This document shows, piece after piece, positions 26,063 to 38,600 of a stretch of 64,000 bases of DNA (position 1 is its first letter; every line of letters starts with the position of its first letter). Below the pieces are notes generated by a model. That model saw nothing but the letters and a program-made list of their open reading frames with translations, searched no databases and was not told where the DNA came from. The position numbers and the translations under genes are program-made. The DNA comes from Phyllobates terribilis (taxonomy: Eukaryota): NCBI RefSeq assembly GCF_046119375.1, contig NW_027362768.1, positions 386,570,001 to 386,634,000 on the forward strand, written 5' to 3'.

Positions 26063-28617
26063 AGGAGCTCATCCCCCCAATGCACCGAGCCTGCAACTCC
26101 AAGCAGCGAGAGGAGCTCATCCCCCCCAATGCACCGAGCCTGCAACTCCAAGCAGCGAGAGGAGCTCATCCCCCCAATGCACCGAGCCTGCAACTCCAAG
26201 CAGCGAGAGGAGCTCATCCCCCCAATGCACCGAGCCTGCAACTCCAAGCAGCGAGAGGAGCTCATCCCCCCAATGCACCGAGCCTGCAACTCCAAGCAGC
26301 GAGAGGAGCTCATCCCCCCAATGCACCGAGCCTGCAACTCCAAGCAGCGAGAGGAGCTCATCCCCCCAATGCACCGAGCCTGCAACTCCAAGCAGCGAGA
26401 GGAGCTCATCCCCCCAATGCACCGAGCCTGCAACTCCAAGCAGCGAGAGGAGCTCATCCCCCCAATGCACCGAGCCTGCAACTCCAAGCAGCGAGAGGAG
26501 CTCATCCCCCCAATGCACCGAGCCTGCAACTCCAAGCAGCGAGAGGAGCTCATCCCCCCAATGCACCGAGCCTGCAACTCCAAGCAGCGAGAGGAGCTCA
26601 TCCCCCCAATGCACCGAGCCTGCAACTCCAAGCAGCGAGAGGAGCTCATCCCCCCAATGCACCGAGCCTGCAACTCCAAGCAGCGAGAGGAGCTCATCCC
26701 CCCAATGCACCGAGCCTGCAACTCCAAGCAGCGAGAGGAGCTCATCCCCCCAATGCACCGAGCCTGCAACTCCAAGCAGCGAGAGGAGCTCATCCCCCCA
26801 ATGCACCGAGCCAGCAACTCCAAGCAGCGAGAGGAGCTCATCCCCCCAATGCACCGAGCCAGCAACTCCAAGCAGCGAGAGGAGCTCATCCCCCCAATGC
26901 ACCGAGCCAGCAACTCCAAGCAGCGAGAGGAGCTCATCCCCCCAATGCACCGAGCCAGCAACTCCAAGCAGCGAGAGGAGCTCATCCCCCCAATGCACCG
27001 AGCCAGCAACTCCAAGCAGCGAGAGGAGCTCATCCCCCCAATGCACCGAGCCTGCAACTCCAAGCAGCGAGAGGAGCTCATCCCCCCAATGCACCGAGCC
27101 TGCAACTCCAAGCAGCGAGAGGAGCTCATCCCCCCAATGCACCGAGCCTGCAACTCCAAGCAGCGAGAGGAGCTCATCCCCCCAATGCACCGAGCCTGCA
27201 ACTCCAAGCAGCGAGAGGAGCTCATCCCCCCAATGCACCGAGCCTGCAACTCCAAGCAGCGAGAGGAGCTCATCCCCCCAATGCACCGAGCCTGCAACTC
27301 CAAGCAGCGAGAGGAGCTCATCCCCCCAATGCACCGAGCCTGCAACTCCAAGCAGCGAGAGGAGCTCATCCCCCCAATGCACCGAGCCTGCAACTCCAAG
27401 CAGCGAGAGGAGCTCATCCCCCCAATGCACCGAGCCTGCAACTCCAAGCAGCGAGAGGAGCTCATCCCCCCAATGCACCGAGCCTGCAACTCCAAGCAGC
27501 GAGAGGAGCTCATCCCCCCAATGCACCGAGCCTGCAACTCCAAGCAGCGAGGGGAGCTCATCCCCCCAATGCACCGAGCCTGCAACTCCAAGCAGCGAGG
27601 GGAGCTCATCCCCCCAATGCACCGAGCCTGCAACTCCAAGCAGCGAGGGGAGCTCATCCCCCCAATGCACCGAGCCTGCAACTCCAAGCAGCGAGAGGAG
27701 CTCATCCCCCCAATGCACCAAGCCTGCAACTCCAAGCAGCGAGAGGAGCTCATCCCCCCAATGCACCGAGCCTGCAACTCCAAGCAGCGAGAGGAGCTCA
27801 TCCCCCCAATGCACCGAGCCTGCAACTCCAAGCAGCGAGAGGAGCTCATCCCCCCAATGCACCGAGCCTGCAACTCCAAGCAGCGAGAGGAGCTCATCCC
27901 CCCAATGCACCGAGCCTGCAACTCCAAGCAGCGAGAGGAGCTCATCCCCCCAATGCACCGAGCCTGCAACTCCAAGCAGCGAGAGGAGCTCATCCCCCCA
28001 ATGCACCGAGCCTGCAACTCCAAGCAGCGAGAGGAGCTCATCCCCCCAATGCACCGAGCCTGCAACTCCAAGCAGCGAGAGGAGCTCATCCCCCCAATGC
28101 ACCGAGCCTGCAACTCCAAGCAGCGAGAGGAGCTCATCCCCCCAATGCACCGAGCCTGCAACTCCAAGCAGCGAGAGGAGCTCATCCCCCCAATGCACCG
28201 AGCCTGCAACTCCAAGCAGCGAGAGGAGCTCATCCCCCCAATGCACCGAGCCTGCAACTCCAAGCAGCGAGAGGAGCTCATCCCCCCAATGCACCGAGCC
28301 TGCAACTCCAAGCAGCGAGAGGAGCTCATCCCCCCAATGCACCGAGCCTGCAACTCCAAGCAGCGAGAGGAGCTCATCCCCCCAATGCACCGAGCCTGCA
28401 ACTCCAAGCAGCGAGAGGAGCTCATCCCCCCAATGCACCGAGCCTGCAACTCCAAGCAGCGAGAGGAGCTCATCCCCCCACCAATGCACCGAGCCTGCAA
28501 CTCCAAGCAGAGAGAGGAGCTCATCCCCCCAATGCACCGAGCCTGCAACTCCAAGCAGCGAGAGGAGCTCATCCCCCCAATGCACCGAGCCTGCAACTCC
28601 AAGCAGCGAGAGGAGCA
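26063..28617. repeat. 48-bp tandem array, about 53 copies
   Basis: Unit GGAGCTCATCCCCCCAATGCACCGAGCCTGCAACTCCAAGCAGCGAGA. Confidence 0.97.
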
Positions 28618-28664
28618 ACAGGAAACCAGAAAATTGGGACTGAAGTAGAAGACAATATCAAGAT

Positions 28665-29103
28665 GAGAGCAGCTCCGAAGGTGACTGGAGTATAAGACAC
28701 AATATAACGGTGAGTGCAGCTCTGGAGGTGACTGGAGGATAAGACATGCTATAACGATGAGTGTAGCTCTGGAGGATAAGACACGATACAGTGACGAGCG
28801 CAGCTCTGGAGGTGACTGGAGGATAAGACACAAAACAGTGACGAGTGCAGCTCTGGAGGTGACTGGAGGATAAGACACGATACAGTGATGAGTGCAGCTC
28901 TGGAGGTGACTGGAGGATAAGACACAAAACAGTGACGAGTGCAGCTCTGGAGGTGACTGGAGGATAAGACACGATACAGTGATGAGTGCAGCTCTGGAGG
29001 TGACTGGAGGATAAGACACGATACAGTGATGAGTGCAGCTCTGGAGGTGACTGGAGGATAAGACACGATACAGTGATGAGTGCAGCTCTGGAGGTGACTG
29101 GAG
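28665..29103. repeat. 47-bp tandem array
   Basis: Unit GATGAGTGCAGCTCTGGAGGTGACTGGAGGATAAGACACGATACAGT. Confidence 0.93.
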
Positions 29104-29237
29104 CACACGCAGTGTCGCACACGATCAGTAATGTCGCAGTGTAGCGGAGCTCTCGCGCTGTGGCCGGTTACGGCGCCGGATCTCTCGGTTAGTCTCCATC
29201 CACCTGCACTATCAGGAGTGACCGTCACTGTGCTCCG

Positions 29238-29820
29238 TGCTGGGACCTGTAGTTCCGCGGCTGTGTGCGGGCAGCCCTCACCTGTGGCTCCGGCAGCTGC
29301 TCAGGCCGCTGTGGGGCCCCTCTCGGGCTCGACCCGCTGCCTCCTCCTCTCCGGGTCTCCTCACGAGCCGAGTATTGGGGCACGGACTACCCCTGTGACA
29401 GGCTGCTTATCCCGCCCACTGTCAGACACTACCCGCCTCTGATTGGTCAATGGTCCTGTCACTCACTATGTAAAGTGACGAGAAACGTGGTTGTGTCTCT
29501 ACGCATGCGCTCATCTTGGACGGAAAAGAACAAAAGCTAAGTGGCACGGCGTCGCCATCTTTATTAAGGGCGCAGCCATGCCTACTGTGCTGTGCATTCT
29601 GGGAAGGAACACAAATACTACCATGGTTACCGGGATGGCTTCTCCAAAATGTCTACGGGGCTGAAGACGGAAACTGAGAAAAGGACAACCATATTCATGC
29701 GAAGGAAAGACACGCGAATTCTATAGGCACTAATGTTCTGGGGCTTCGTTTTCTGGAGGATACCGGAAGTCGTATGTCCATATATATCAGGGTGCTCCGT
29801 TAACCCCTGAGCTGCCAGGT
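29238..29820. promoter_or_regulatory. Putative bidirectional C3orf18/HEMK1 promoter with non-coding first exons
   Basis: CpG-rich unique sequence. Motifs: ACTACAGGTCCCAGCA (minus, 29238-29254), GC box 29411, CCAAT 29441, ACGCATGCGC 29501, CGCCATCTT 29553, TTCCCAGAATGCA (minus, 29593-29605), CCGGAAGT 29763. Outward-facing donor-like sites at about 29281 (minus, CAG|GTGAG) and 29819 (plus, CAG|GTAGG). Confidence 0.72.
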
Positions 29821-30037
29821 AGGATAAGTTCCCGGTGCAGTTATAGCTCAGCCCTGCCTCCAGCCATTACCGCGGCCCCGGGGGGGTGACTGCGCCTCCA
29901 CTGCCGTTGTCAGCATGTGATGGAAGCCTGGGGCACCACAAGTCCAAGCATGCCTCGCCACCTCCTGGACATGTTGTGACTTGTAGTTCCACCTTAGCGA
30001 TTGAGAGACGAGGCTGGAGCCGGTTCGTATTTTCTTA

Positions 30038-31601
30038 GGCTAAGTGCCCACGATGCAGAAATGCTGCAGATTTTTTCCGCTTCTCCCTGGCAGGAAAAAC
30101 GCATGCGGATTGTCCGTGCGGATTGTGCGTGCGGATTGTCCGTGCGGATTGTGCGTGCGGATTGTGCGTGCGGATTGTGCGTGCGGATTGTCCATGCGGA
30201 TTGTCCGTGCGGATTGTGCGTGCGGATTGTGCGTGCGGATTGTGCGTGCGGATTGTGCGTGCGGATTGTCCGTGCGGATTGTGCGTGCGGATTGTCCGTG
30301 CGGATTGTGCGTGCGGATTGTGCGTGCGGATTGTCCGTGCGGATTGTGCGTGCGGATTGTGCGTGCGGATTGTGCGTGCGGATTGTGCGTGCGGATTGTG
30401 CGTGCGGATTGTCCGTGCGGATTGTCCGTGCGGATTGTGCGTGCGGATTGTCCGTGCGGATTGTCCGTGCGGATTGTGCGTGCGGATTATGCGTGCGGAT
30501 TGTGCGTGCGGATTGTCCGTGCGGATTGTGCGTGCGGATTGTGCGTGCGGATTGTGCGTGCGGATTGTGCGTGCGGATTGTCCGTGCGGATTGTGCGTGC
30601 GGATTGTGCGTGCGGATTGTGCGTGCGGATTGTCCGTGCGGATTGTCCGTGCGGATTGTCCGTGCGGATTGTGCGTGCGGATTGTCCGTGCGGATTGTCC
30701 GTGCGGATTGTGCGTGCGGATTGTGCGTGCGGATTGTGCGTGCGGATTGTGCGTGCGGATTGTGCGTGCGGATTGTGCGTGCGGATTGTCCATGTGGATT
30801 GTGCGTGCGGATTGTACGTGCGGATTGTACATGTGTTTTCCTGCCAGGGACATGCGGATGTGACGCGTTTTTCACTTGCATTTCCGCATGCGGGTTGTGA
30901 TTTTAGCATCACTTGGAAAGTGCTTGACAACTTGGTCACACTATATAAATCCATGCAACCGGCATATATAGAGTGACCAAGCAATAGTTAAAAAAAAGAA
31001 TAAGAATGGTAAAAAATAAAGATTATACTCACCTTCCGATGTCCTCCCGGTGTTTTCTCCCCTCTGTCTGGTCTGCTGTATGGGTTGCGCTGTTGTGAAG
31101 GACCTGCGGTGACGTCATTGAGTCATGTGTCAGGTCACATGACTCAATGACGTCATGGCTGGTCCTTGCAGACCAGACAGAGGGGAGAAAACACCGGGAG
31201 GACATCAGAAGGTGAGTATAATCTTTATTTTTTATTTTAAATTCTTTTTTTTTACAGGTTCTGTGGTACCCGGGTCTGGATGAGAGTCTCCTCTTCTCCA
31301 GACCTGGGTACCATCCGCACATAGAATCGCATAATATCCGTGTGTACAGATGCAGTGACACGGATATTATGTGTTTCAATGCAAGTCAATGGCGGCAATT
31401 ACGCTGCGTGTCCGCAAAATTAATGGACATGCTGCGGATTTTTCCGCAATGATAATCCGCAGCAGAAATTTCCACAGCATGTGCACATGCGGATTATCAT
31501 TGGGGACCATGGGGCACGTATTACCAAGTGTTTTTTAAGCGTTTTCACTGCAGAAATTCCGCGGCAAAAACGCTTGAAAAACACATAGTGGGCACACAGC
31601 C
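30038..31601. mobile_element. Non-autonomous PIF/Harbinger-type element (1564 bp)
   Basis: TIRs GGCT(A/G)(A/T)GTGCCCAC; TTA TSD at 30035-30037 and 31602-31604; internal 13-bp array and ~200-bp palindrome. Confidence 0.88.
30100..30830. repeat. 13-bp tandem array inside the Harbinger-type element
   Basis: Unit GCGGATTGT(G/C)CGT. Confidence 0.95.
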
Positions 31602-31669
31602 TTATTCACTTTTTCTTTTTTGCTTTTTACAAGTTTATTAAGAAGCAGAAATGATCGAAACACCACGGA

Positions 31670-33197
31670 GCGGCCGGAGGAGCCGGCGAGCTCAGTGAGC
31701 ACCCAGAAGTCAGAAGTCCCAACGAGCTCAGCGAGCGCCCAGAGGAGCCAACGAGCTCAGCGAGCGCCCAGAGGAGCCAACGAGCTCAGCGAGCGCCCAG
31801 AGGAGCCAACGAGCTCAGCGAGCGCCCAGAGGAGCCAACGAGCTCAGCGAGCGCCCAGAGGAGCCAACGAGCTCAGCGAGCGCCCAGAGGAGCCAACGAG
31901 CTCAGCGAGCGCCCAGAGGAGCCAACGAGCTCAGCGAGCGCCCAGAGGAGCCAACGAGCTCAGCGAGCGCCCTGAAGACCCAACGAGCTCAGTGAGCACC
32001 TAGAAGTCCCAGCGAGCTCCCAGAAGACCCAACAAGCTCAGCGAGCTCCCAGAAGACCCAACAAGCTCAGCGAGCGCCCAGAGGAGCCAACGAGCTCAGC
32101 GAGCGGGCTCAGCGAGCGCCCCGAAGACCCAACGGGCTCAGCGAGCGCCCCGAAGACCCAACGGGCTCAGCGAGCGCCCCGAAGACCCAACGGGCTCAGC
32201 GAGCGCCCCGAAGACCCAACGGGCTCAGCGAGCGCCCCGAAGACCCAACGGGCTCAGCGAGCGCCCCGAGGAGCCAACGGGCTCAGCGAGCGCCCCGAGG
32301 AGCCAACGAGCTCAGCGAGCGCCCCGAGGAGCCAACGAGCTCAGCGAGCGCCCCGAGGAGCCAACGAGCTCAGCGAGCGCCCCGAGGAGCCAACGAGCTC
32401 AGCGAGCGCCCCGAGGAGCCAACGAGCTCAGCGAGCGCCGAGAGGAGCCAACGAGCTCAGCGAGCGCCCTGAAGACCCAACGAGCTCAGTGAGCACCCAG
32501 AAGTCCCAGCGAGCTCCCAGAAGACCCAACGAGCTCAGCGAGCGCCCAGAGGAGCCAACGAGCTCAGCGAGCGGGCTCAGCGAGCGCCCCGAAGACCCAA
32601 CGGGCTCAGCGAGCGCCCCGAAGACCCAACGGGCTCAGCGAGCGCCCCGAAGACCCAACGGGCTCAGCGAGCGCCCCGAAGACCCAACGGGCTCAGCGAG
32701 CGCCCCGAGGAGCCAACGAGCTCAGCGAGCGCCCCGAGGAGCCAACGAGCTCAGCGAGCGCCCCGAGGAGCCAACGAGCTCAGCGAGCGCCCCGAGGAGC
32801 CAACGAGCTCAGCGAGCGCCCCGAGGAGCCAACGAGCTCAGCGAGCGCCCCGAGGAGCCAACGAGCTCAGCGAGCGCCCCGAGGAGCCAACGAGCTCAGC
32901 GAGCGCCGAGAGGAGCCAGCGAGCTCAGCGAGCGCCGAGAGGAGCCAGCGAGCTCAGCGAGCGCCGAGAGGAGCCAGCGAGCTCAGCGAGCGGTCAGAGG
33001 AGCCAGCGAGCTCAGCGAGCGGTCAGAGGAGCCAGCGAGCTCAGCGAGCGGTCAGAGGAGCCAGCGAGCTCAGCGAGCGGTCAGAGGAGCCAGCGAGCTC
33101 AGCGAGCGGTCAGAGGAGCCAGCGAGCTCAGCGAGCGCCCAGAGGAGCCAACGAGCTCAGCGAGCTCCAGAAGACCCAACGAGCTCAGCGAGCGCCT
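31670..33197. repeat. 29-bp minisatellite
   Basis: Unit GAGCGCCC(A/C)GAGGAGCCAACGAGCTCAGC with GAAGACCC variants. Confidence 0.94.
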
Positions 33198-33555
33198 AGA
33201 AGTGCCTACCCTATGTACTTACAAAATACTGCCCAGTAGAGGGAAATAACGCCACATAGCGCCCAGAAGCCATATGACGCTATCACCACCGGAGCTTGTG
33301 TTCTTCTGATTCCTCAGTGTGACTCGAGGGTGCGTTTTGGACAATCCTGGAGCAGATTTCCAGTGATCTGAGGAGGATCGAGCCCTGGATTCCTGGAACT
33401 GATGTAGACGTATGCGCTGCCTCCTCCGCCGATTGTAACTTCCTCTGATGTTCTCTGTATCATTATAATAAATAACTCCTGAATGTGTCGGTGCCAATGA
33501 CTCCCATTATAGCTTTCGTGTCACCCAGCTTTCCACACATCCTGAATGGCTTATA

Positions 33556-35183
33556 CAGTACAGACCAAAAGTTTGGACACACCTTCTCATTTAAAGATTT
33601 TTCTGTATTTTCATGACTATGAAAATTGTCCATTCACACTGAAGGCATCAAAACTATGAATTACCACATGTGGAATTATATACTTAACAAAAAAGTGTGA
33701 AACAACTGAAAATATGTCTTATATTCTAGGGTCTTCAAAGTAGCCACCTTTTGCTTTGATGACTGCTTTGCACACTCTTGGCATTCTCTTGATGAGCTTC
33801 AAGAGGTAGTCACCAGAAATGGTCTTCCAACAATCTTGAAGGAGTTCCCAGAGATGCTTAGCACTTGTTGGCCCTTTTGCCTTCACTCTGCGGTCCAGCT
33901 CACCCCAAACCATCTCGATTGGGTTCAGGTCTGGTGACTGTGGAGGCCAGGTCATCTGGCGTAGCCCCCCATCACTCTCCTTCTTGGTCAAATAGCCCTT
34001 ACACAGCCTGGAGGTGTTTGGGGTCATTGTCCTGTTGAAAAATAAATGATGGTCCAACTAAACGCAAACCGGATGGAATAGCATGCCGCTGCAAGATGCT
34101 GTGGTAGCCATGCTGGTTCAGTATGCCTTCAATTTTGAATAAATCCCCAACAGTGTCACCAGCAAAGCCCCCCCACACCATCACACCTCCTCCTCCATGC
34201 TTCACGGTGGGAACCAGGCATGTAGAGTCCATCCGTTCACCTTTTCTGCGTCGCACAAAGACACGGTGGTTGGAACCAAAGATCTCAAATTTGGACTCAT
34301 CAGACCAAAGCACAGATTTCCACTGGTCTAATGTCCATTCCTTGTGTTCTTTAGCCCAAACAAGTCTCTTCTGCTTGTTGCCGGTCCTTAGCAGTGGTTT
34401 CCTAGCAGCTATTTTACCATGAAGGCCTGCTGCACAAAGTCTCCTCTTAACAGTTGTTGTAGAGATGTGTCTGCTGCTAGAACTCTGTGTGGCATTGACC
34501 TGGTCTCTAATCTGAGCTGCTGTTAACCTGCGATTTCTGAGGCTGGTGACTCTGATAAACTTATCCTCAGAAGCAGAGGTGACTCTTGGTCTTCCTTTCC
34601 TGGGGCGCTCCTCATGTGAGCCAGTTTCTTTGTAGCGCTTGATGGTTTTTGCAACTGCACTTGGGGACATTTTCAAAGTTTGCCCAATTTTTCAGACTGA
34701 CTGACCTTCATTTCTTAAAGTAATGATGGCCACTCGTTTTTCTTTACTTAGCTGCTTTTTTCTTGCCATAATACAAATTCTAACAGTCTATTCAGTAGGA
34801 CTATCAGCTGTGTATCCACCAGACTTCTGCACAATAAAACTGATGGTCCCAACCCCATTTATAAGGCAAGAAATCCCACTTATTAATCCTGACAGGGCAC
34901 ACCTGTGAAGTGAAGCCCATTTCTGGTGACTACCTCTTGAAGCTCATCAAGAGAATGCCAAGAGTGTGCAAAGCAGTCATCAAAGCAAAAGGTGGCTACT
35001 GTGAAGACCCGAGAATATAAGACATATTTTCAGTTGTTTCACACTTTTTTGTTAAGTATATAATTCCACATGTGGTAATTCATAGTTTTGATGCCTTCAG
35101 TGTGAATGTACAATTTCCATAGTCATGAAAATACAGGAAAATCTTTAAATGAGAAGGTGTGTCCAAACTTTTGGTCTGTACTG
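33556..35183 (-). mobile_element. Full-length Tc1 (DD34E) transposon with a frameshifted transposase
   Basis: TA-CAGTACAGACCAAAAGTTTGGACAC...GTGTCCAAACTTTTGGTCTGTACTG-TA; TIRs about 265 bp. Transposase lies in two frames (33999-34676 and 33719-34057): GRPR, WSDESK, KHGGG, QDNDPKH, SPDLNPIE. Frameshift near 34015. Confidence 0.97.
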
Positions 35184-35303
35184 TACATTGACACTTGGGC
35201 GCCACTGTCTGTATTCGGTCAGTATGAGGAACAATCAGAGAAAAGGTCTAATAGAAACAAGTCACCGATTCTGCATTTATCACCCCCTCCTGGTTTTGGC
35301 TCC

Positions 35304-35350
35304 CACTCCTGAGAAAAAATACTGACTGAATACTGATAGTGGGGCCGTGG
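35304..35350. repeat. 47-bp dispersed fragment, second copy at 57850-57896 (probable MITE remnant)
   Basis: CACTCCTGAGAAAAAATACTGAC(TG/AA)AATACTGATAGTGGGGCCGTGG at both sites; the first copy is followed by CC-TTA, like a Harbinger end. Confidence 0.6.
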
Positions 35351-35631
35351 CCTTAGAGGCACATGCCCGTCCTGCTCATTGCTGCCTCTCTGCTGTGTGT
35401 CAGTAGTCACTGTTGTGCTGACATTCTGTTCATGAATCAGGATGTACTTCTAGTGATGCATTCTGTGTGACACTCAGGTGTTGACCATGGGGCAGACAGA
35501 GCAGAGAAGGTGCTGAGGGCGTTATGTGTGAGTGGTTGGCAGCGGCGGACGAGCACCGGGGTGCAGATCTGGTGATTATAAGGCGATCTATGTCGGATCT
35601 TCACAGAGTAGTTCTCTCTCTCCTGCAGGTC

Positions 35632-38600
35632 ATGCAACTTTTATTGCGCAAGTTTCTTGCCAAAGTTGCCCACATACCAGTACCATGCCGTAGGATGGGA
35701 GCAACAGGAATGACACCGGGTATGCTGGCCTCATACTGGGAGAAAGTCTTCCGTGAACATGGGATCCCTGAACCGGAGGACTCCAGCCAAATACTAATAG
35801 CTCATGCCCTGGGAGCAAAGACGGTGAGTGCAGAATCCTGAGGGCAGAAGAGAAGTCTTGATGGTGAAAGGGGTCTGGAGGACGTGACAGAGGGGGTCTG
35901 GAAGACGAGGACAGAGGGGGCCTGGAGGACGAGGACAGAGGGGGCCTGGAGGACGAGGACAGAGGGGGTCTGGAAGAAGACGAGGACAGAGGGGGTCTGG
36001 AAGAAGACGAGGACAGAGGGGGTCTGGAAGAAGACGAGGACAGAGGGGGTCTGGAAGAAGACGAGGACAGAGGGGGTCTGGAAGAAGACGAGGACAGAGG
36101 GGGCCTGGAAGAAGACGAGGACAGAGGGGGCCTGGAGGACGAGGACAGAGGGGGCCTGGAGGACGAGGACAGAGGGGGCCTGGAGGACAAGGACAGAGGG
36201 GGGCCTGGAGGACGGGGCGGGAGGGCTCTCGAGGACGTGACTGAGGGGGGGTCTGGAGGAAGGGGATGGGGTTGTCTGGAGGAAGGGGACGGGGGGGTAG
36301 TGCTCCCATCCTGATGGATCCCTTTTCTCTCTGTCAGATGCACAGTGTCGGATCCTGCGCGGTTCGTTCTCCTGTATCTGCGGATCAGTTGGTGTTCATA
36401 GAGAAAATGGCGCAGGAACGTCTGAAGAGGTGAGTGCGCTCCACGGCACACTCTTGATGTTACGCTTTCATCACTTTTATTTGTGAGTCTCAGTATTAAA
36501 AATCCTTCATTCCTCTTATACTCGGTTGTCCTGATCACAAGTCTCATCCAGAGCTTCATTCATAGTTCTTCTGGCTTCTCATCTCTTTCCAGGTTACAGG
36601 ACGTCCCATGTCCCTGCTGGTTCAGTGTCTGCACAGAGCGTGCATTGCAGCGACACATGAGCAGATTCCAACCAGCTTTATTCTGCAGTGTATAGAAAAA
36701 AATATATTTCCCACAATGCACTGCACTAAAGTGAGAGATTATAGGATTCCGCGCCACATCCGGCAGAACTATGAATGCAGCTCTGGATGTGGCTGAAGTA
36801 CAAGGGAAGAGCTGTAGTGCAGATTGGGGTTATGTAAAGGTGACTGTGCAGCGTCTGTAGAATTCCTCTGGGCCTCGTACATTTATTATATATTGTGGTT
36901 AAGTAACAGATGAATCACAACGTCCCGGAACAATGGACCCGTGTGAGGGGCGCGACGCCTCCGCGCGTGCAGAGTGTGAGGGGCGCGACGCCTCCGCGCG
37001 TGCAGAGTGTGAGGGGCGCGACGCCTCCGCGCGTGCAGAGTGGAGCGTGTTGATCCCACAGGTACACTGTAGTACACACAGCTGTATAGATGTGCGGGGG
37101 TCGCTTCTCACACTGGTTTCTGCTGCTTTAGGGCTCGGCCTCCTTTCCCCCCCTCTCATCTCTGTGGCTCCTGTCCCTCCCCCTTGTCTTTGTGGCCCCC
37201 CCCACCCCCCCTCGTCTCTGTGGCTCCCGTCCCCTCGTCTCTGTGGCTCCCGTCCCCTCGTCTCTGTGGCTCCCGTCCGTCCCCCCCCTCGTCTCTGTGG
37301 CTCCCGTCCGCCCCCCCCTCGTCTCTGTGGCTCCCGTCCGCCCCCCCCCCCCTCGTCTCTGTGGCTCCCGTCCGCCCCCCCCCCCTCGTCTCTGTGGCTC
37401 CCGTCCGACCCCCCCTCGTCTCTGTGGCTCCCGTCCGCCCCCCCCCTCGTCTCTGTGGCTCCCGTCCGCCCCCCCCCTCGTCTCTGTGGCTCCCGCCCCC
37501 CCCCTCGTCTCTGTGGCTCCCGTCCCCCCCTCGTCTCTGTGGCTCCCGTTCCCCCCCCCCTCGTCTCTGTGGCTCCCGTTCCCCCCCCCCCTCGTCTCTG
37601 TGGCTCCCGTTCCCCCCCCCTCTCGTCTCTGTGACTCCCGTTCCCCCCCCTCTCATCTCTGTGACTCCCGTTCCCCCCCCCTCTCGTCTCTGTGACTCCC
37701 GTCCCCTCCCTCTCGTCTCTGTGACTCCCGTTCCCCCCCCCTCTCGTCTCTGTGACTCCCGTTCCCCCCCCCTCTCGTCTCTGTGACTCCCGTTCCCCCC
37801 CCCTCTCGTCTCTGTGACTCCCGTTCCCCCCCCCTCTCGTCTCTGTGACTCCCGTTCCCCCCCCCCTCTCGTCTCTGTGACTCCCGTTCCCCCCCCCTCT
37901 CGTCTCTGTGGCTCCCGTTCCCCCCCCTCTCGTCTCTGTGGCTCCCGTCCGTCCCCCCTCTCGTCTCTGTGGCTCCCGTCCGTCCCCCCTCTCGTCTCTG
38001 TGGCTCCCGTCCGTCCCCCCTCTCGTCTCTGTGGCTCCCGTCCGTCCCCCCTCTCGTCTCTGTGGCTCCCGTCCGTCCCCCCTCTCGTCTCTGTGGCTCC
38101 CGTCCGTCCCCCCTCTCGTCTCTGTGGCTCCCGTCCGTCCCCCCTCTCGTCTCTGTGGCTCCCGTCCGTCCCCCCTCTCGTCTCTGTGGCTCCCGTCCGT
38201 CCCCCCTCTCGTCTCTGTGGCTCCCGTCCGTCCCCCCTCTCGTCTCTGTGGCTCCCGTCCGTCCCCCCTCTCGTCTCTGTGGCTCCCGTCCGTCCCCCCT
38301 CTCGTCTCTGTGGCTCCCGTCCGTCCCCCCTCTCGTCTCTGTGGCTCCCGTCCGTCCCCCCTCTCGTCTCTGTGGCTCCCGTCCGTCCCCCCTCTCGTCT
38401 CTGTGGCTCCCGTCCGTCCCCCCTCTCGTCTCTGTGGCTCCCGTCCGTCCCCCCTCTCGTCTCTGTGGCTCCCGTCCGTCCCCCCTCTCGTCTCTGTGGC
38501 TCCCGTCCGTCCCCCCTCTCGTCTCTGTGGCTCCCGTCCGTCCCCCCTCTCGTCTCTGTGGCTCCCGTCCGTCCCCCCTCTCGTCTCTGTGGCTCCCGTC

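Noticed and set aside
35524-35631. N-terminal extension of HEMK1 from the upstream GTG/ATG in the ORF track
   Set aside because: A strong acceptor (TCTCTCTCTCCTGCAG) at 35628 precedes the ATG at 35632, so the upstream part is most likely intron.
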